A stretch of 64,000 nucleotides of DNA from the NCBI RefSeq assembly GCF_009914755.1, contig NC_060925.1. One strand, 5' to 3'. The notes beneath the pieces were generated by a model, which saw nothing but the letters and a program-made list of their open reading frames with translations, searched no databases and was not told the origin of the DNA. The first letter of the stretch is position 1. Each line of letters starts with the position of its first letter. Source of the stretch: the human T2T-CHM13v2.0 reference genome, Homo sapiens. This document shows, in pieces, positions 57,552 to 64,000 of the stretch. The position numbers and the translations under genes were made by a program.

Positions 57552-58920
57552 AGGGAGAAGGGAGGTTGAAGGAGATATTAATAAGTTCCTGGCAGGGAAG
57601 TTTCATGACATAATTTAAAAATATATATTTTTAAGTGTCCTTTTGTATTTTTTCACTTTAGCCATTCTATTGTTCAGCTTTTCTTTAAAAGTTTGGCTAA
57701 AAAGTTTGATATATCTCTTTCCCTATGCATACCCTTTGTTGGAAGGAAGGGCTGGGTTGTAATTCAAGATTGTAGCCACTGGCTTGAATCTCTCCCAAAG
57801 TTTCTTGGGCTCTAGGCTTCCTCGGGGTTCAGTGACCTACTAGAAAATTATTCTCTCTCTCAGGAAATAAATCTAACAGTCTCCACTTTTCTTCTTATGT
57901 CGAGGGTGACTCACTAGAATGTAAGAGACGACCAGATACATTATCATTCATTTATTCCTTTTGTTCCTTCATTTCTTACTGTGCAAGAAATGTAAAGAAG
58001 AAATGTAAGAAGTGTAAGGCTTGTAAACCCAGAGGTTAATACGGCTCAGTATCCTAACAGCCGCGTGTTCAAGAAGCACAGCCAGGGGGAATTCTACTGT
58101 TTTTGGAATTTCTCTAAGAACCTTAAATGGACCCTGACATACATTAACACTTCTTCAAGCCACTTCCCACTACTCCCACCCCACCATGGCTCCAGTGGCT
58201 CTCTCCTCAAACTGACCCTCAAAAGGCTTCTATCCTGTAGCACAACATTATCTCTATGCTTTTAAGCTCTTACTCCAGCACTCATCATTTATTACTATGC
58301 AAATATATGACAAGAGGTGGGGCAACTCCCAGAGAGATCTAGGCTTGGCCAAGGAATCAGCATTGAGTTCCCAGAGGATTCTGATAGGGAGGTGGGGACA
58401 GTCCATGAAGAGTGGAGGGAATTGCACTTAAGACAAGTACCAGCGAAGCACCAATAAATCAAGCTCCCTCCCCTTCTCACCTACTAGCTAATCTCTCGAT
58501 TTCATCCCTCTCTTACTATTTTCCACCAAAAAAGTCCAAAGAACAAGTTCATCAACAACAGAAATCCCCTCAGTGGGTGGAGAGAGTGGAGAAAGAAAAG
58601 GCAGAAATCAAATTCACTATAGCAGGAAGAAAAGAAGTTAAGCATGCAAAAACCTGGGGTATGGGCTGGTAGATGGTGCGAAAATTCAAATAGTAAGCAT
58701 TTTTGTCTGGTCTCAATTCATTCATTTGTTCATTCTTTTTGCTTTCTTGAAAAAAAAAATTAAGATGCTGTCGTGTTCCAAGGCAGTGGCCTAAGTATTG
58801 AGAATTCAGGAATAAATTAAGAGCACAGTCCAAGCCCTCATTAACCTCCCTGTGGTTTCCCTGCCACCCACCCTGGCTGCACCTACTGCGCTTGGGGTGT
58901 TTAGCTCAGAATCGCAGAAT

Positions 58921-58935
58921 TGCGCCCCCTGGCTG
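58921..58935 (-). promoter_or_regulatory. Candidate CTCF binding site
   Basis: Minus strand CAGCCAGGGGGCGCA vs core consensus CC(A/G)(C/G)(C/T)AG(A/G)(G/T)GGC(A/G)(C/G); lies in a locally CpG-enriched non-repeat patch (about 58880-59330). Confidence 0.65.
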
Positions 58936-59590
58936 TTCCCTTTTGCAACAGCGGACGTTGGGAGCAGATGACGCTCCCAGCAGAGCTCTGTTAATGGTAG
59001 CAGGTTGCCAAATTCCCGGTCCCAGGGCCTGTTCCTGTCAGCAGTTCTCTTACGGCACCTGTTGACTCTGCACTTTGAGAAATCAATTCCTCTTTAGCGT
59101 CAGGGCTGGGCGTTTCGGCATCACCTCCTAGGACACTGCTCACAGTATGTGCTGCCAAAAGGCAACAGCAATGCACATCAGATCCTTTCCAAACGTCCTT
59201 GCTTAAAGACACTGGAACCGGTTGCTCAACTTCGGTACTGTGCAGACGCTTTTACATCCCCTACAACCCCCAGGAGCGTGCCTGCAAAATCCAAGCGAGA
59301 GATACTTTAAGTAACCCCTAAATCGATTAAAGTATGCATCAAGTGGCTATTATGGGAAAAGAGAAGTTTTATTTATATACAGTACATAAAATAATTTCCT
59401 TTTACATTACTATTAAAATGAAGATAGAAAAAAATGTGGAGAGTTCAAGGGTCACCCAGAATGACCCTATATTGACCCTATATTCGAGGAGGTGAACCTC
59501 ACTCCACTCTACAGCATTTCACTCCTAGCAATCTCCTGCTGGGCACTCCTGAAGCAAAAGGTGGAGAACTCATGCAATGATGGCTTAGAG

Positions 59591-59789
59591 CAAGCTTGTC
59601 CAACTCATTGCCCGTGAGCCACAGGAGGCCCAGGATGGCTTTGAATGTGGCCCAACACAAATTCGTAAACTTTCTTAAAACATTATGAGACTTTTTTGTG
59701 ACTTTTTTAAAGCTAATCGGCTATTGTTAGTGTTATTTTATGTGTTCTACAAATGTAGAACAGGGAAGCCAAGAAACCGGACACCTCTG
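59591..59789 (-). mobile_element. MER30 hAT MITE
   Basis: caagcttgtccaac...ggctttgaatgtggcccaacacaaattcgtaaactttcttaaaacattatgaga; 8-bp TSD gcttagag / gtttagag. Confidence 0.88.
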
Positions 59790-60254
59790 GTTTAGAGTGA
59801 ACTTTCATGCCCCAAAAGAGTCCTCTCAGGACTGACGTGTGCAAAGGTAGGTAACCAGAGAATTGGCAAAAGTGGAGCTTTTCTTTTTTGCTAATTCCCT
59901 TCCCCCATCCTCAGAGGGCACAAGGACACCAGACAAATCAAGTCCGAGAAACTATCTCATCGTTCTCCAGCTTATGAGTGGCAGACACTGCTAGCAGCCT
60001 ACCTAGTAGGCTCTATAGATACCTAGTAGTATCTTTTATTCATTACTAAGAGATTCTCCATTTTGTTCAAGGTAACAATGTACTCAACTACATTTCCCTT
60101 GTAGCTAAGGCTGACTATGGTACAGGGTTTTAGCCTTAGTCTAGGGTTACAAGCAGTGCTGCTGATCAGGGCTTCTGGAAAGCTCTTTAAAGGGCTTAGG
60201 TTTAGGAAGTTTTTGCCCTTCACCCTACTCCTTCTTTGGCATGTGGAGGCCATA

Positions 60255-60643
60255 TGATATGGTTTGGATTTGTGTCCCGCCCAAATCTCATTGAATTGTA
60301 ATCCCCAGTGTTGGAGGAGGGGCCTGGTGGCAGGTGATTGGATCACGGGGATGGACTTCCCCCTTGCTGTTCTTGTGACAGTGAGAGAGTTCTCATGAGA
60401 TCTGGTTGTTTAAAAGTGTGTAGCACCTTCACCTTTCCCTTCTGTCTCTCTTCCTCCTTCTCCAGCCATGTAGGATGTGCCTGCTTCCCCTTCACCTTCT
60501 GCCATGATTGTAAGTTTCCTGAGGCCTCCTCAGCCATGCTTCTTGTACAATCTGCATAACTGTGAACCAATTAAACTTCTTTTCTTTATAAATTGCCCAG
60601 TCTCAGGTAGTTCTTTATAGCAATGCAAAAACTGCCTAATACA
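60255..60643 (+). mobile_element. MSTA MaLR LTR
   Basis: tgatatggtttggatttgtgtccc...ttctttatagcaatgcaaaaactgcctaataca; TSD ccata/ctata. Confidence 0.88.
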
Positions 60644-61037
60644 CTATAGTAGAAGTGGAACTGCTGTCACTTACCAGGGTGTGGCTGTGAGCCTGAAAGC
60701 CACATGCTGAGGGTGGTAGGGCACTGAGCCCGAGTCCTTGGTACTATATGGATCCTTTGTACTGGCCCCAGTTGAAATAAGCTATTTCAACAAAACTTGC
60801 ATGTTATCCTCACAGTGGTATTTCAAGTAATATTTCTGTGAGATGATTCTGAAGCATGTTGAGTTTTCCCTCCTTTGAGACTTACAAGTATTTGGGGCAA
60901 ATTTGTTATTTTTCTTCTCTATCAAAATGAAAAACGGATCCATATTTCCTGTATCTTACAGTTTTGTTGACATAAAGTAGAATTGATAGTCTAATATATC
61001 TAAAGTGGATCATACTGCTTTGTTTTTGTTTATGGGT

Positions 61038-61385
61038 TTGGATTAGTCAGGACTCTCCAGAGAAACAGAACAAATAGAATGTGGATTTATATAGGAGATT
61101 TATTATAAAGAATTGGCTCTTGCAATTATGGAGGCTGGCAAGTCTAAACTCTACACTGTGGGCCAGCAGGGTGGAGACCCGGAAAAGCCAATGTTGCAGT
61201 TCCAGGAGCCTAGAGAATTTCCTCTTGGTTGAGGTGGCTGGTCTTTTAATTCTACTCAGGCCCTCATCTGACTGGATGAGGCCCACCCACATTATGGAGG
61301 GTGCTCTGCTTATTCAAAGTTCACTGATTTAAATGTTAATCTTATCCAAAAACACCTTCTGAGTTGATACATAAAATTAACTATC
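61038..61385 (-). mobile_element. MLT2 (ERVL) LTR
   Basis: attagtcaggactctccagagaaacagaacaaatag...gatgaggcccacccacattatggaggg...cataaaattaactatc. Confidence 0.78.
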
Positions 61386-61996
61386 TTTGTTTATTTTTTA
61401 GGGCAGACTGACTCAGGGATAAATGGAATGTACATTTGCAGCCTTGCCAAATCCCTGGAATTATTTATTTTTCCTCTTTAAGAATGAAAACAATATCTAA
61501 AACTCATAGCTACCTCTTAGTAATAATTATATCACTCTTCGCTTTAAAGAAAGTTAACAGAGATTTCTGAAAGTGCCAGTAAAAACTGCATTTATTGAAA
61601 TTCCCCACTCACCTCAAACCTTGCCAAAATTTCCCTAAATTCCAGAAAGACCAGAGTTTTAAATTGTTACAAACTAACAGTAAGAACATTCACTATGAAA
61701 TACAGCAGGGTGCTCCAAGATTTAATTCTGTGCCAGAGCCTGACATTCTAACTGTGGAATTCAGTAACACACCTCCATTTTCCTTCTCAAAATAATACCT
61801 TAAATTACCATACAGTTTTCTGCCTCTGAGCTCTCAAGTATCCTGGGGGTTTTTGTCATTAGTATATGATCTGGCTAGTCTACCCAAAGAAGCATAATCA
61901 TGTATTCAAACATCTTTCAAATCCCACCTATTCTACAAAGGATTTGGGACATCTTACAAAAATATTTATGATATGAAAAAAATTTTAAATAGGACA

Positions 61997-64000
61997 CTTT
62001 TTTTTAAACTTCTGTTTTGGTTCAGGAGTACACATGCAGATCTGTTATATAGGTAAATTGCGTGTTGCAGGGGTTTGGTGTATAGACTATTTCGTTAACC
62101 AGGTAATAAGCATGGTACCCAATAGGTAATTTTCCAGTCCTCATCCTCCTTCCACTCTCCATCCGTAAGTAAGCCCCAGTGTCTATTGTTCTCTTCTTTG
62201 TGTACATAAATACTTGATGTTTAGCTCCCACTTACAAGTAAGAACATGTGGTATTTGGTTTTCTGTTCCTGTGTTAGTTTGCTTAGGATAATAGCCTCCA
62301 GCTTCATCCATGTTGCTACAAACAACATGATCTCATTCTTTTTTTTGGCAATGAAGTATTCCATGGTGTATTTGGACCACATTTTCTTTATCCAGTCTAC
62401 TGTTGATGGGCATTTAGATTGATTCCATGTCTTTGCTATTGTGAATAGTGCTGCTATGAACACATGCTTGCAAGTGTCTTTATGGTAGAATTATTTATAT
62501 TCCTTTGTGTATATATTCCATAATGGGATTGCTGGGTCAAATGGTAACTCTGTTTTAAGTTCTGTCAGAAATCACCAAACTGTTTTTCACAATGGCTGAA
62601 CAAATTTACATTCCCACTAGAAGTGTATAAGCTTCCCCTTTTCTCCACAGCCTTGCCAGCATCCGTTATTTTTTGGCTTTTTAATAGTAGCCATTCTGAT
62701 TGGTGTGAGATGGCATCTCAGTGTGGTTTTGATTTGCATTTCTCTAATGATTAGTGATGGTGAGCATTTTTTTCATATGCTTGCTGGCTGCATGTATGTT
62801 TTCTTTTGAAAAGTGTTTGTTCATGTCCTTTGCCCACTTTTAATGGGGTCTTGTTTTTCTTGTAAATTTAAATTCCTTATAGATGCTGGATATTAGACCT
62901 TTGTCAGATAGATAGTTTGTAAACATTTTCTCCCATTCTGTAGGTTGTTTGTTTACTTTGTTGATAGTTTCTTTTACCGCGCAGAAGCTCTTATGTTTAA
63001 TTAGATCCCATTTGTCAATTTTTGCTTTTGTTGCATTTGCTTTTGGCATCTTTGTCATGAAATCTTTGCCTGTTCCTATGACCAGAATGATATTGCCTGG
63101 GTTGCTTTCCAGGGTTTTTACAGTTTGGGGTTTTATATTTAAGTCTTTACTCCATCTTGAGTTAATTTTTGTATATTGTGTAAGGAAGGGGTCCAGTTTC
63201 AATCTTTTGCATATGGCTAGCCAGTTATCCCAGAACCATTTATTGAACAGGAAGTCCTTTCCTTATTGTTTGTTTTTATCAGCTTTGCTGAAGATTAGAT
63301 GGTTGGAGGTGTGCAGCGTTATTTCTGTGCTCTCATGTTCAATTGGCCTATGCATCTATTTTTGTACCAGTACCACACTGTTTTGGTTACTAGCCTTGTA
63401 GTATAGTTTTAAGTCAGGTAATGTGATGCCTCCAGCTCTGTTCTTTTTGCTTAGGATTGCCCTGTCTATTCAGGCTCTTCTTTTGGTTCCACATGGAGTT
63501 TAGGATAGTTTCTTTCTAATTATGTGAAGAATGTCATTGGTATTTTGATAGGAATAGCATTGAATCTATAAGTTGCTTTGGGCAGTATTGCCATTTTAAC
63601 AATGTTATTCTTATTCAGGAGCATGGAATGTTTTTTCATTTGTTTTGTATCTCTTGTTTCTTTGAGCAGTATTTTGTAATTCTCATTGTAGAGGTCTTTC
63701 ACCTCCCTGGTTAGCTGTATTCCTAGGTATTTTATTCTTTTTGTGGCTATCATGAATGAGATTGCATTTTTTATTTGGCTCTCAGCTTGGATGTTGGTGT
63801 ATGGGAGTGCTACTGATTTTTGTACATTGATTTTGTATCCTGAAATTTTGCTGAAGTTGTTTATCAGATCAAGGAGCTTTGGGGCAGAGACTATGGGGTT
63901 TTCTAGGTATAGAATCGTATCATCTGCAAACAGGAATAGTTTGATTTACTCTCTTCCTATTCAAATGGCTTTTATTTCTTTTTCTTGCCTGATTTCTCTG
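61997..64000 (-). mobile_element. L1PA/PB (about L1PA15-16) 3' end, ORF2 decayed; runs off the window
   Basis: ORF2 fragments 63520..63753 ([21 protein letters not shown]), 62840..63202 ([16 protein letters not shown]) and 62221..62463 (MFIAALFTIAKTW); poly-T at 61998. Confidence 0.95.

Overview
Primate (most likely human) genomic DNA. The left 25 kb holds the 5' part of SSX2IP (ADIP/MSD1, centriolar-satellite and adherens-junction coiled-coil protein) on the minus strand. It has a CpG-island promoter and first exon at about 24.3-25.5 kb, a ~19 kb first intron, and four coding exons (5571-5613, 5040-5209, 4075-4287, 518-628) encoding aa 1-179; the gene continues off the left edge. The right ~39 kb is upstream, apparently intergenic DNA dominated by interspersed repeats: a near-full-length Tigger1, Charlie/MER hAT elements, MER4/MST/MLT LTRs, Alus, L1 and L2. 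Almost all ORFs in the track are spurious or transposon-derived. I found no new multi-gene system. The most notable unexplained structures are: (1) a hidden branch point/triple-acceptor/CAG|GTAAGT module 84-120 nt into the intron after coding exon 3, which could give a 36-nt poison exon, an 18-nt in-frame microexon or a recursive splice site; (2) a ~166-bp, ~91% identical inverted repeat (39817-39982 and 40709-40875) with no TSD; (3) a 10-nt insertion in an Alu that exactly copies DNA 1.7 kb away; (4) a CTCF motif next to a dense nuclear-receptor half-site cluster at ~59 kb; and (5) an RFX X-box flanked by two CCAAT boxes in the promoter. Repeat subfamily names come from recalled consensus sequences and should be confirmed with RepeatMasker/Dfam.
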